In this document: positions 23,750 through 36,378 of the stretch, in pieces
Layout of the letters: the number at the start of each line of letters is the position of its first letter
Numbering within the stretch: the stretch's first letter is position 1
Assembly: GCF_006345805.1 (NCBI RefSeq)
Contig: NW_021824667.1
Span: forward strand, 1-42,487
Direction of reading: 5' to 3'
From: Octopus sinensis
Taxonomy: Eukaryota
DNA length: 42,487 nucleotides
Program-made: the position numbers and the translations under genes
Notes under the pieces: model-generated
Databases searched by the model: none
The model's input: only the letters and a program-made list of their open reading frames with translations
What the model was told of the DNA's origin: nothing

Positions 23750-24205
23750 TCTGTATGTATGTATGTATGTATGTATGTATGTGTGTATGTATGTATGTAT
23801 GTGTGTATGTATGTATGTATGTGTGTATGTGTGTATGTATGTATGTATGTATGTATGTATGTATGTTTGTATGTATGTATGTATGTATGTATGTATGTGT
23901 GTATGTGTGTATGTATGTATGTATGTATGTATGTATGTATGTGTGTATGTATGTATGTGTGTATGTATGTATGTATGTATGTATGTATGTATGTGTGTAT
24001 GTGTGTATGTATGTATGTATGTATGTATGTGTGTATGTATGTATGAATGTATGAATGTATGAATGACTGAATGTATGTATTTATGTATGTATGTATGTAT
24101 GTATGTATGTATGTATGTGTGTATGTATGTATGTATGTATGTATGTACGTACGTATTTATGTATGCATGTATATATGTGTGTATGTATGTATGTATGTAT
24201 GTAAG
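23750..24205. repeat. (TATG)n array with TGTG variants
   Basis: Read directly. Confidence 0.97.
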
Positions 24206-24659
24206 TATTACAACGTAATACGGCCTATTCAGTATATGTGTGCGTGTGAATATGTATTCACATGCATATATATATATATATATATATATATACGCAATAC
24301 CACCAGGAAATCTACGAAAACCTCGCTGTAAGAACGGCACCGATTCAGCTTGAATCGCTGTACTCGCTCAGTATTCGTCACTTGGTGACATACGTGAGAA
24401 CATCGCCAGTGAGAGCTGCTACAGCCATTTGCAATCCCTTACGCAGACGTTCAACAATAACATAGCAATGCTCTACAACGACAACGACAACAAAGAGTCG
24501 TCTCTATACACACACACACACACACACACACATATAGGACTTCCTTATACAAACATCACTAATAATAATAATCGATGTTATCATTCCTACCATCGGGTGG
24601 ATCTCACACCCGTTTCATAATAACTGCTGGCACCTTTTGTAAATGTATCATTGTCTGGT

Positions 24660-25010
24660 ACAGGCACACACACACACACTCGTACACACACACTCACAAA
24701 CACACACACTCACTCACACACACTCAAACACTCACGCACACTCACACACACAAACACACACACTCACACACACACACTCACACACACTCCCCCCACACAC
24801 ATACACACGTACACACACACATACACATACACATATTCACACACACTCCCCCCACACACTCACATACACTCCCTCCACACACACTCACACACACTCACTC
24901 ACACACACACACACACTCACATACACACACACACACATACTCACAAACACTACACACACATTACACACACATGCACGCACGTACACATTCATGTCTACAC
25001 CCTCACACAC
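24660..25010. repeat. Degenerate (CA)n/(CACT)n field
   Basis: Read directly. Confidence 0.93.
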
Positions 25011-25458
25011 ATGTATGCATGCATGTACGTCTTGATATTTGCGAATGTGTGCTACAGTTTTCCTAATAAACATGCTTTATTGAAAACAAAAACGTTTCTC
25101 TAATTTTAACATTTATATATTAAGGATGCTTTTCTTTCGTCATTCATGTTTTCTTTGGGATAATAAATTCCTAGTCAGCTCGACGTTTATAGAGAGAGAC
25201 CTCCTTGGTTTATATTCTGGATGAAATTATCGCAGTGGTAGTTGTGTACACACATATACACACACATACACAAACACACACACACACACACAAAATATAT
25301 TCATATATACATACCTATATATTATATATATATTATATAATTAAAAATAAATGTTTTTTTTAATGCATAAAAAACAACATCGAATATTAGCTGAATAAAG
25401 GACTGGATAAAAACTGAATACAAAACATGTGGAGTATTATTTGTTGCAGATATACACT

Positions 25459-25500
<42 letters not shown>

Positions 25501-25505
<5 letters not shown>

Positions 25506-25712
25506 TAATCCAAACAAGAAGAAAGAACAAAAAAAAAAAACACAACAACGCGAGGACGTGGAACAAATATAGTATTATTGGACGCTGAGGAAAGAAGGAA
25601 AGAAGAGGGTTTAACGTTTCGAGCGGAGCTCTTCGGCGGAAACATAGGAGAAGGAAAGATCCAGAAGGGGACAAGACAGAGGAAAAAAAATCACAAACGG
25701 TACACACGAGGT

Positions 25713-25715
<3 letters not shown>
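25501..25715 (-). mobile_element. Short (TA)n-embedded element with a degenerate hammerhead motif
   Basis: Minus strand: pyrimidine tract, then GTTT-CCGCCGA-A-GAGC-TCC-GCTC-GAAA-CGT-T-AAAC (25643-25609), then a ~105-bp T-rich tail; (TA)n on both sides. Same layout as 27311-27551 and 32111-32330. Confidence 0.7.
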
Positions 25716-25762
<47 letters not shown>

Positions 25763-25832
25763 AATATATATTATATATATATATATATATATCACATACA
25801 TATATATATATGTATGTATATGTATATATATG

Positions 25833-25950
<118 letters not shown>

Positions 25951-26267
25951 CACATATATATAATATATTTGTATGTATATATGTATTTATGCGTACATCC
26001 AAAATCTCTATCCACCTATCGATGCCTGTATTTTAAAGTGGAATAAAAACAAATGTTGTCTCGAAAAAGCATATTTTAATGTTTTCGATAGATATGAAAT
26101 AGTGTTGGAAAACGAAGAGAGCCTCTAATAAAATGGTAGTTAACTATTACGAAACATAGACGTTTATGAGAGGACACAACACAGGATAACTTTGGTTGCT
26201 TGAGAAGACGGATGTGTGACGAGCACGATCCAAGACAATCAAACTTATGGTACGTAAAACAACTATA

Positions 26268-26672
26268 GGCGTAGGAGTGGCTGTGTGGTAAGTAGCTTGC
26301 TAACCAACCACATGGCTCCGGGTTCAGTCCCACTGCGTGGCATCTTGGGCAAGTGTCTTCTGCTATAGCCTCGGGCCGACCAATGCCTTGTGAGTGGATT
26401 TGGTAGACGGAAACTGAAAGAAGCCTGTCGTATATATGTATATATATATGTGTATATGTTTGTGTGTCTGTGTTTGTTCCCCTGGCATTGCTTGGCAACC
26501 GATGCTGGTGTGTTTACGTCCCCGTCACTTAGCGGTTCGGCAAAAAGAGGCCGATAGAATAAGTACTGGGCTTACAAAAAGAATAAGTCCCGGGGTCGAG
26601 TTGCTCGACTAAAGGCGGTGCTCCAGCATGGCCACAGTCAAATGACTAAAACAAGTAAATGAGTAAAGAGTA
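26268..26672 (+). mobile_element. SINE family A, full length
   Basis: End-to-end similarity to 357-775 and 18011-18417. Confidence 0.94.
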
Positions 26673-27271
26673 TCTTACCCAGTCTCCTATGGGAGATGCA
26701 TATTCTGTCTATCGAAATAATAGAACAGAATGAGGAACGTTAATATGTTTTAGAACCCCAATACATTCTGCATTTAAATCATAGTTAATATTCGATATCA
26801 GCTTCCATGAGCTGCCCACGCCACGCAAATGCCGGACCATTGCATATCGAAAAATGGTTTCTCCATTCTAAAGGACATGTACTTCAAGTGGGGTAAAAAA
26901 ACGTGACAGACCTACTTAAGGGAAATTCGAAAAATTTGTAACGTCAATGTGTACGAGTGCGAACGGTTGGTAAATATTCGACATAAATATCTGAAATGGC
27001 GTGAGCATAAATAGTGCGGAGCGACCAACCAAGCGACTCTTCTTATACGAGACAAGAAATGCTTAATCTGCGATCAAACTTGTCGACTCTGCACTGGCCG
27101 ACATAGCGCGTGCGAAAGTGAGTGTGTGTGTGTGTATGTGTGTGTGTGTATGTGTGTGTGCGTGTGTGTATGTATGTGTGTGCGTGTGGGGGGTGAGAGA
27201 GAGATTGAGCTGCGTGTGCGTGTATAATATAATATAATATGGTATAATAGATACAATAGATAGATACATAC

Positions 27272-27310
<39 letters not shown>

Positions 27311-27315
<5 letters not shown>

Positions 27316-27551
27316 TCTTTGACCTCTGGCCGAAATCAGATCGCCATGTTGATTCGTTAGCTACTGCACGCATTTTTTTCTCTCCTTCTTTCTGTGTTTT
27401 TCTCTCTCTGTGTATCTTTCTGTTGAAGAGCGTAGGCTCGAAACGTTAAAGACTTGTTTTATTTATATTTCCTGAGCGCCATACTAATACAATTGTTCGT
27501 TTGTTTTCCACCTGCCTTCGTCTTTTGTTTATTTTCATAAAGCTTCCCGTT
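27311..27551 (+). mobile_element. Short (TA)n-embedded element with a minimal hammerhead-like motif at 27415-27452
   Basis: TCTTT-CTGTTGA-A-GAGC-GTAG-GCTC-GAAA-CGT-T-AAAGA: stem I 5 bp, stem II 4 bp, palindromic ACGT stem III; A6 replaced by U. Confidence 0.8.
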
Positions 27552-27629
27552 ATATATATATATATATAAGTAGATGTATGTATGTTTGTATGTGGAAAAT
27601 CATCGAAGCGGAAGCACTGTCACGTGCAG

Positions 27630-28178
27630 CATTATCACGGTAATGAGTGAAGAGTGCATTTTATCACCGTCCTTCACTGTGACTCGGTTCATGAATAATT
27701 CGATCTTAGGGATCCGTTGGAGACACAAGTAGACTGGCAAGAGATGACATCAAGTCTTTGTGACATCAGCTCCCGACTTTCCCTCCGTATAAAAGACCAA
27801 AATAGAAAGGCTTAATACATAGGCGAAAATCAATCGAAACCCGTCCAACTTGGTGGACAACGTAGTGAACTTCCTGATACTTTTATATGCCTAAGTAGTA
27901 ACATTGGCAGAAATGGTCATGCTCTTCCATTCACTAAAAGATTAAAATTCCTCTAAACTCTTCTAGCGTCATTATTATTGCATGGTTTACAAGTGAAATA
28001 TGGAGGCAAGCGGACCGGTTTTGCGATATGATGAATGTTTCTCATCATCGGTGCCTTGGAAAAATCCTGAAGATCACCGGGCATGACCACACCACAAACG
28101 AGGAAATCATGAGATGAGGTGGGTTAAGTAAACAATTGCAAAATACCATCACAGATAGATGAAGGAAGCTCCCTGGCT
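27630..28178 (+). pseudogene. Decayed RTE-like LINE fragment (RT C-terminal half and downstream domain)
   Basis: ECILSPSF (cf. GCILSP), GIRW, EMTSSL...LSLRI, PVQLGGQRSELPDTFICLSS (cf. EVDxFTYLGS), SEIW, MNVSHHRCLGKILKITGHDHTTNEEIMR (cf. FHxRCLRKILxIxWxDxVTNEEVL). Confidence 0.85.
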
Positions 28179-28863
28179 TATATATATATATATATATATA
28201 TAATAGTGTACAAACAATTAAGTATTTATACACGAAAGATGGAACCTTTGACAAGACACCTTGCATGCTAGAAAGGGCAGTGAAAACCTAAACCACGAAT
28301 AAAAGTAATTTCAAAGAGAATGAACATTATATATATATATATGTATATGTGTGTGTGTGTGTGTGTGTGGTGCGTGTGTATGTGTGTGTGTGTATATATA
28401 TATGTGTGTGTGTGTGAGAGAGAGAGAGTGTGTGTGTGTGTGTGTGCGTGCGTGTGTGTATGTATGTATATTAAAGGAAAGAAAATGGAGAAAAAGTGGA
28501 TGTATGAATAATTTATTTGTATGATATAAAAATGTTGAAAAAACTTTTTAAAAACATAACAATACAAATAAATTACTTATAAGTTGTAAAGCTCAAAACG
28601 TGAAAAAACCTACATATATGTTTCAGTACTATCCCTTAGTTGAAAAGGAATTCTAAGTATTTGGTTAAATGCTAAGAAAGGTATCATTTTTTAATTGTGT
28701 GGGGCAGTACCTCTTCAGGGTTAATTTGAGCTTAAAGAACTTAGGTATGCATCCTTCAAAGGAAAAATATTAACCTAAGTTCTATACACTCATAATAACC
28801 CTGAAGAGGTAATGCCCCGTATAGTTAAAACAATATTTTAGTTTTGACACGCTGGATAGAGAG

Positions 28864-28907
28864 TTGCTGATGAAGTTACAAGATGTGTGACGAAAAATAT
28901 TTGACAA
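28864..28907 (+). ncRNA. Hammerhead-like motif, probably non-cleaving
   Basis: TTG-CTGATGA-A-GTTAC-AAGATGT-GTGAC-GAAA-AATATTT-GA-CAA: intact core, 5-bp stem II, palindromic AAATATTT stem III; cleavage position is G plus an extra base. Confidence 0.35.
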
Positions 28908-29063
28908 AGAAACTAAAATAATAATAAAACTGAAGTGGAGATCAAATATATAACCCAACCCCCAGTATAACAATATATATACATACACACACACATACAA
29001 AAATGCAAGCATGCATAAATACATACATACAAGCAAGCATATTATATGTGTGTGTTTTATTTT

Positions 29064-29258
29064 GGTTTCAAATTTTGGCACAAGGCCTGCAATTTCGGGA
29101 GAGAGGATAAGTGGATTACATGGATTCCAGTGCTCACCTCGAACAATTTTATCGAATCGAAAGGAAGAAAGGCAAAGTCTACCTTTGTAGAACTTGAACG
29201 CAGAACATAAAGACGGACAAAATATCGCTAAACGTTTTGCCCAGTGTGCTAACGATCC
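29064..29258 (-). mobile_element. SINE family B, diverged
   Basis: GGTTTCAAATTTTGGCACAAGGCC.GCAATTTCGG...GAAAGGAAGAAAGGCAAAGTC...TGTGCTAACGATCC. Confidence 0.8.
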
Positions 29259-29621
29259 TTATACATGTTATAATTCAAAGACACGACTATGTTTCAGTTT
29301 GATAATCTTTATTACAGATTTTTAATATTCTCTTATGCGTCTGTTGTGCTTAACTTTGAATAATTGCAAACTAATGGACTTGAAGATTAGACGGTTATGG
29401 ATGTGGAAATCAGTGGGTTGGTCGTGGTGGCATTATTGATAGTGGTAGAATATATGTAGCAGTGGTGGTGGTGGTGGTTGAGGTGGGGATAGAACTGGTG
29501 GTAGTGTTGCTAGATTGAGATGTAGTGCGGTAGAGAGAAATATAGCCATAAACATTAGGAGAATTGCCAGAGCCAGTAGGCGTTGAAGAGAGGAGTGAGA
29601 TTAAAACACACACACGCACAC

Positions 29622-29658
<37 letters not shown>

Positions 29659-29686
29659 CACACTCACACACACATATGCGTGTGTG

Positions 29687-29718
<32 letters not shown>

Positions 29719-29890
29719 CATCTATCTATATTAAGTATGTATATAAATGTGTATGTGTCTGTATGTGTAATTGTACATATATTGTGTGTATATTGTAAGT
29801 GTAAATATATATCCTTGTATGTATATATGTGTGGGTATATCCGTATTATATGTATATATATATATGTGTGTGTGTGTGTGTATACATATG

Positions 29891-29926
<36 letters not shown>

Positions 29927-30540
29927 TACACACACACATATATATATATGCAGACACACACATGAACACACACAGACGTACAGAGGGGAGAGGGTGAAAG
30001 CGAGCAAGAGACATAGGGGCGTAGCGAATATAGTTATCACAAGCGGTCCAGTTTATTAGATTAACCGACTAAGAAGCTTATAACAACAATGGGAATCAAA
30101 TTTCTAGTTTACACAAACCGTTCTTGTTTCCTTTCTTTCGTTCTGTTTTGTTTTGTGTACTGACGGTTATCTTCAATAAGGCATTTGTTGACAGAACCTA
30201 CAGGTAGTTGGACATGTCGTGTTTTAAAACCAATTAGCAGTGGAGTCTGTATTAATTTCTCTCGCCACAGTACAACAACTTGATGAGGACTTCAATCGAG
30301 AACTCTCTTCCTGGGCGGATTCTTTCACTTAATTGTTATTAATATTCTTCGCTCTCACACTCCTGTTCCTGGTGGACTGCTAGAAACGTTATATCGTAAG
30401 ACTTGACTGTATCGCTTGCTTAAACAGAATTTCATTTTGCCTCTATAAATACTGATTTTTAATTCTGTCTGGGATCTACATTGATTCGTATCTCTAAGAT
30501 GGGAAATTTAAAAAATAAAGTGCCGGTAATATCCTTCTGA

Positions 30541-30695
30541 AGGTGGCGAACTGGAAGAATCATAAGCACGGCAGACAAAATTGCTTAGCAGTATTTCTAT
30601 CGGTTCGTTCAAACACATGTTCAAACCTTGCTGACGTCATCTTTGCCTTTCATTCCTTCGAGGTCGATGAAATAAAGTATCAGTTAAATATTGAA
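30541..30695 (+). mobile_element. SINE family B, diverged
   Basis: AGGTGGCGAACTGGAAGAATC..AAGCAC...CTTTGCCTTTCATTCCTTCGAGGTCGATGAAATAAAGTATCAG. Confidence 0.8.
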
Positions 30696-31974
30696 ACTGT
30701 AGAAATCGAAATTGTTGGCTTTGAACCCTGCAATAGGCCGGCGTTCTGTTGAGTTGGAATGCTATGATCTCAGTCACTGATACGCCGTGGAAACCGAGTA
30801 ACCGGCCTTATGAGTCCTTGGGACCGAAACAAGAAGTATCCCTCTCATATAAACTTGTGACACTCCCCTGAATTCGAATGAGTGTGGATTAACAGAAACA
30901 GAAGATGAGCAGTTCAGATTTGAGTAAATTACAAGTTTAAAATGTTTATTTCCATTGTATCCAAGTCCTACATTGAAATGCAGCGAGGTTCAACGTTTTA
31001 TGGTATTTACTCAGACGAAAGAGAGTGTGCCTTTGGCCCTCTGAGATCCCAAGGATTAGCGAAATCGATGTGGCTCATATGATGTGTTTTAGCATTTTGG
31101 TGTCTTTAGCAGTGTCCACTCAGTTGTAGACATTAAGGTCAGGTTTTCGATCTGAGTATTATCTTCTTCTCAATAGTCTAGGAGGTACCTAAAATATCAC
31201 GGATGCTGCATTTTTATTCACAACAGCTATCCAACATCTAGGAATGAAAAACCCTTAGCTTTTCTATAGAGATTTCTCTAGAAAGTGATTCCAAAATAAC
31301 ACTCGCCTCATTGCGAAACCGGAGATTTAGACTTGTTGGCTTTGCAAGCGGGAGTCCTAGCGGCGTTGTGCAAGCCATTATTGACCTTAAAGTTAAGAGT
31401 GGGCCATGGTGACAGGCATTGTGGTCAACATCTCAGATAAATTAATTTGTCAGTGACAGCCATACTCGTCTCCGAATCGTATGTACATGTATATGCATAT
31501 GTGTATGTGTTCATATATATGTGGATCAGGCAATTTTTTTAATTTCCATTTTGTTCACAAGCATATACCCATGAGATGTATTCTCAACAATTTTGCTGGA
31601 GATTTTGCATTCATGTTGCACTTATAACAAATAAATAAAAAATACTACTAATAATAATTATTATGATTATAATTGTTAATATTCGTCGTAAATTATTCAT
31701 CATACTACAGGTGTGTTATCAGTCACTTCCAATCTGCCACATTCACCTCAATATCAATATCAATATAGGTTCATTCATCATAATTTTATTTTGACGTTTA
31801 TTATCCTTTGTTTCATCCAAAGCCCATGGGATATTACACAGGATATTCTATGTCGAACAGCAATATTGATATTATGTATGTATGTATGTGCGTGTATGTA
31901 TGTATGTACGTGTATGTTTGTATGTATGTATGTGTATGTAAGTATGTATGTGTGTATGTATACATACACGTGTA

Positions 31975-32035
<61 letters not shown>

Positions 32036-32110
32036 TATATATATTATATATATATATATAGATAGATAGATATAGATATAGATATAGATATAGATATAGA
32101 TATAGATATA

Positions 32111-32330
32111 GATCTATCATGGTCAGTCGCCATGATAGATCGGGAGACACTACACACATTTTTTTCTCTCCTTGTTTCTCTCCTTGTTTCTTTCTGTGTC
32201 CCTTTCTGTAGAAGAGCGTAGGCTCGAAACGTAAAATACTTCTTCTATTCCTGAGCGTTATACTAATTCATCTGTTTGTTTTGTACACCATCTGTCTTCG
32301 TTTTTTGTTTTTTTTCCGTAAACTCTCCCT
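32111..32330 (+). mobile_element. Short (TA)n-embedded element with a 5' hairpin and a hammerhead-like motif at 32203-32236
   Basis: Perfect 12-bp stem GATCTATCATGG/CCATGATAGATC (32111-32141), pyrimidine tract, TTT-CTGTAGA-A-GAGC-GTAG-GCTC-GAAA-CGT-A-AAA, then a tail related to 27449-27551. Confidence 0.8.
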
Positions 32331-32685
32331 ATATATATATATATATATATATCACAATCAAGGAACGGCCATAATAGGCCATTCACCCACTAGAAATAAC
32401 AGCCAAAGCTTCAACCGCAAATAAACATCAATTCCGTAAACCAGGAGAAAATTAAAAAACATTTACCCTGTAATTTCTTATACGATGCACCGTTTCATCT
32501 ACTGTTTAATGGTAAACTAACCTGATTAAATTAAATCAAGCCAATCTTCCATAGGCCCTTAGATTCATCAGTAAGAAATAGCCAAGTCGGAACAGATATT
32601 TTCACGAGGCATTTCCGACCCTGCCTCGGCAATATCTGACCTAAAATTTTCAAATCATCGCACTCGCGCCAAATTTATCGGCAGC

Positions 32686-32770
<85 letters not shown>

Positions 32771-33084
32771 CATACATACATACATACATACATACATACA
32801 TACATACATACATACATACATACATACATACATACATACATACATACATACATACATACATAAATGGTTTGGTAGAAAAACGAGGAAAAGTTCGACTCGT
32901 GTAGCTTTTTTCAATTACTGCCGATGAACACACACACACACGCACACACACACACACACACCACACACACATTGTACATGTGTGTACATGTTTATGTGCG
33001 GGGGTATATATTTATGATTGTATATACATGTGTATGTGTGCGTGCGTGTGTGTATGTAAGATTGAGGATATAATTGTACGCATA

Positions 33085-33145
<61 letters not shown>

Positions 33146-33240
33146 ACTGCCACTTCTGTTGCTGCTGCCGATGCCGCTGCTGCCACTATTATTCTTATTT
33201 ATATCGGTAAGTGGCAACATTACTAGAATGCCATAATAAT

Positions 33241-33502
33241 CACGTGATCATGTGATCGGCTAGACTATCAGGTGTTGTTACACATCGCTGGTCACAATGC
33301 ACCTTGCATCATTTTTAGCCTACGAATGACGCCACTCCGCTGGCTAGACGAGCAGACCGACATTTCACCCCTCATCGAAAGAGGGACTGGAGCAACGTGA
33401 AATGAAGTGTTTTGCTCAAGAACACAACGCACCGCCCAATCGGGGAATTGAACCTACGATCTACCGACCATTGAGTGCAACACACTTACCACAAGGCCAC
33501 GC
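33241..33502 (-). mobile_element. tRNA-derived SINE, family C
   Basis: Minus strand: GCGTGGCCTTGTGGTAAG...GTAGGTTCAATTCCCCG...GTGTTCTTGAGCAAAACACTTCATTTCACGTTGCTCCAGTCC. Confidence 0.8.
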
Positions 33503-33859
33503 AGCATACTAATACCTTGCTATATTGTGCTCCAGCGTTTTCTGTTCATTGTTCAAATCTGGCCAATGTTAACTTTCGCTTTCATTCTGCCAGGGTTCGA
33601 TAACATAAGTCGCAGTCGGTTACCGGCATCAATTAAACTCGCTACACATCTCACCCCTAAACCCCTAAACCCCTTCAAAAGAAAAAAAAAACTGTGTTGT
33701 TTCGTTAATGTTGCCACCTGTTGTTTCTGTTACTAAGGCCAGACATCGTAAACCCAGCCGAAAGGGTCAAAAACGTCTTGCAGCGTTTAGTTATGTCTGG
33801 GTTTAATCAAGTATGAATGCTTCCAATAAAATAGGTATACTGGTGTCAAATACTACTAC

Positions 33860-34020
<161 letters not shown>

Positions 34021-34089
34021 GTCTCTTTCTCTTTGTCTATTGCTCTGGATCACAACTTGTCGCCATTAAATTGTACGGTGATGACATCT

Positions 34090-34495
34090 TTCTTTATCCT
34101 GTTTCAGTCACTGAACTGCGGCTAAGCTGGAGCACCGCCTCGAAAAGTTTAGTCGAACAAACAAACCGATTCCAGTACTTGATGTTAAGCCTTGTGCTTG
34201 TTCTATCGGCCTCTTTCGCTGACCTCTATGTTATGGAGATGTGGACAATCCAACAGCGCTTGCTATACTGTAGTGTGGACAAACATAGCACAAACATAAA
34301 GACACGCATAGATTTGAACATACACCAACATACACACATATACACATATACGACAGGCTTCGTTTCAGTTTCTGCTTACCAAATCTATTCCCAAAGCTTT
34401 ATAGCAGAACTTTGATACTGAAGTTGCGAAACAATGGGTCTGAACTCAAGACCACATGGTTGGCAAGGAAGCTTCTCAGCCTTACAACCACGCCC
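34090..34495 (-). mobile_element. SINE family A, old diverged full-length copy
   Basis: TGTTTCAGTCACTGAACTGCGGC.AAGCTGGAGCACCGCCT...CGACAGGCTTCGTTTCAGTTTC...ACCACATGGTTGGCAAG...AACCACGCC. Confidence 0.75.
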
Positions 34496-34542
34496 ATCTC
34501 TCATTATTCTTTCTAATTTTTGTAGAAGGTCAGTACTTTTAA

Positions 34543-34720
34543 GGGGAGGGGTTAGTTGATTATATTGACCCCTGTGCTCAACTAGTAATAATTTTATTGA
34601 TCTCGAAAGGATGAAAGACAATGTCGACCTTGGCTGAATTTGAACTCAGAACGTAATGACGGACAAATTACTGCCAAGCATTTTGTCCGGCGTGCTAACG
34701 ATTCTGCTTGCTGGCCGCTT
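34543..34720 (-). mobile_element. SINE family B
   Basis: GAAAGGATGAAAGACAATGTCGACCTTGGCTGAATTTGAACTCAGAACGTAA...GCGTGCTAACGATTCTGC. Confidence 0.88.
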
Positions 34721-35142
34721 TACGCCTGTTTCTAATAATGTTGTAAAGTCTGAATTACTTGTTAGCATTGCTGCTGCTGCTGTTGTTGCTTTTTCACCTC
34801 AGTTATCCCTGAATTTCTGTTTTAACCAGAATTTATATTATCAATTTAAGTTAGGATATGATCAAAAAGAGAATTGGCTACTATTTTTAGCAGTATAAAT
34901 AGCTGTAAGAGGTTTCTTTGTAACTAGACAACAGATTTTCTCATTATTTTGCTTTTTTGAAAAATGTTGTTTAATTACAATTAGCTCTTAATTAGTTTAT
35001 TAACAGACGGCAGTTGATTGGCTTTTGGAGTTCAATGTGTGGCTCAACAAAAATTCACCAATTTGTTGACGTATCTGTGATTGCGTATGTGTAGGTGTGT
35101 GTGCGTGTATGTATGAATGTGTTTTGTACGCGTGTTTCGTGA

Positions 35143-35320
35143 TAGATAGAGACATACATACATAGGTTGGTATGTAGGTGGGTAATTTGGTAGGTGAATG
35201 GTTGAATTGGTAGGTTGATATGCTTGTAAGTAGGTAGATAACTGCCGTGGTGGGCGAGTGGGTGGGTAGATAGATAAGTTCGTGGAAATGTGGGTATGCA
35301 AGGAGGAACTAGTTGCGCAT
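35143..35320 (-). repeat. 178-bp inverted duplicate of 37192-37369
   Basis: Reverse complement aligns with about 10 mismatches. The ORF track shows near-identical peptides (ISTNLSIYPPT.PPRQLSTYLQAYQPTNSTIHLPNYPPTYQPMYVC) at 35301 minus and 37211 plus. Confidence 0.95.
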
Positions 35321-35649
35321 TACCTCTTCCTTTAATATAACTGTAACAACATTGTCCTATATGTACTTCCTTTTTGAAACAGCGAGGAGCAACGTAAGTG
35401 ATCTTCGGCTTCTATTTCTAGTCAGTAGAAGGATCATGCAGAGAGTTTGTATGTCATTCCACCTAGTTTCGATACGGCTGTTGTTGAATAGCTTTTTCAG
35501 AGGATATGCCAAGCCGTAGACTATGATTTAAGATCATTCGTCTGATCGTGCTACATGGAAATCGTAGAACGTGAAGACGGACAGCAACCTGTCGTCAAAC
35601 ATCTCACAGGGTCTTTCAGCATCACTTTCTAAGACGTTAGCTATCGTGG

Positions 35650-35803
35650 ATGATACTCAACATCCAAGAACCAATCTCAAAAATCCTCGCCGCCCTCCAT
35701 AGAGTATTTTTTTTTAACATGCTCTACCCCCATGTCAATTTCAACTTCGACATCTTTCTCGAACTTGGCTGTTAGTACTCCGATTGCTCCTACAACTACT
35801 GGG
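35650..35803 (-). mobile_element. 3' fragment of an RLE-type non-LTR retrotransposon (R4/Dong-like)
   Basis: Minus frame IPVVVGAIGVLTAKFEKDVEVEIDMGVEHVKK resembles the PVVVGALG...VEHLQK C-terminus of RLE elements; it abuts a (TAA)n array. Confidence 0.55.
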
Positions 35804-35912
<109 letters not shown>

Positions 35913-35930
35913 TCATTATTATTATTATAT

Positions 35931-36146
35931 AAGGCGGTGGGCTGGCAGAAATATTAGCACGCCAGGCGAAATGTTTAGCGGTATTTCTTCTGTCTTTACA
36001 TTCTGAGTTCAAATTTCGCCGAGGTCGACTTTGCTTTTCATAATTTCGGGGCGATAAATTATGTACCAGTTGCATACTAGAGTCAATCTAATCGAATGGC
36101 CCCTTCCTCCCAAATTTCGGGCCTTGTGTCTAGAGTAGAAAAGATT
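35931..36146 (+). mobile_element. SINE family B, near full length
   Basis: AAGGCGGTGGGCTGGCAGAA..ATTAGCACGCCAGGCGAAATG...GAGTTCAAATTTCGCCGAGGTCGACTTTGC...CAAATTTCGGGCCTTGTG. Confidence 0.9.
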
Positions 36147-36147
36147 A

Positions 36148-36217
<70 letters not shown>

Positions 36218-36295
36218 CTCATCAACATCATCATTATTATTGTTGTTGTTGCTGTTATTGTCGTCGTCATCATCATCATTATCATTCTTCTTCTT

Positions 36296-36378
<83 letters not shown>

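Noticed and set aside
30807-30860. Hammerhead-looking CTTATGA-GTCC-TTG-GGAC-C-GAAAC
   Set aside because: G5 is replaced, the cleavage triplet would be GUG, stem I does not pair, and the sequence is the tail of a SINE fragment (GAAACCG...CCGGCCTTATGAG, cf. 15069-15351).
33653-33674. (ACCCCTAA)n resembling a telomeric repeat
   Set aside because: Under three units of an 8-mer, not TTAGGG; consistent with chance slippage.
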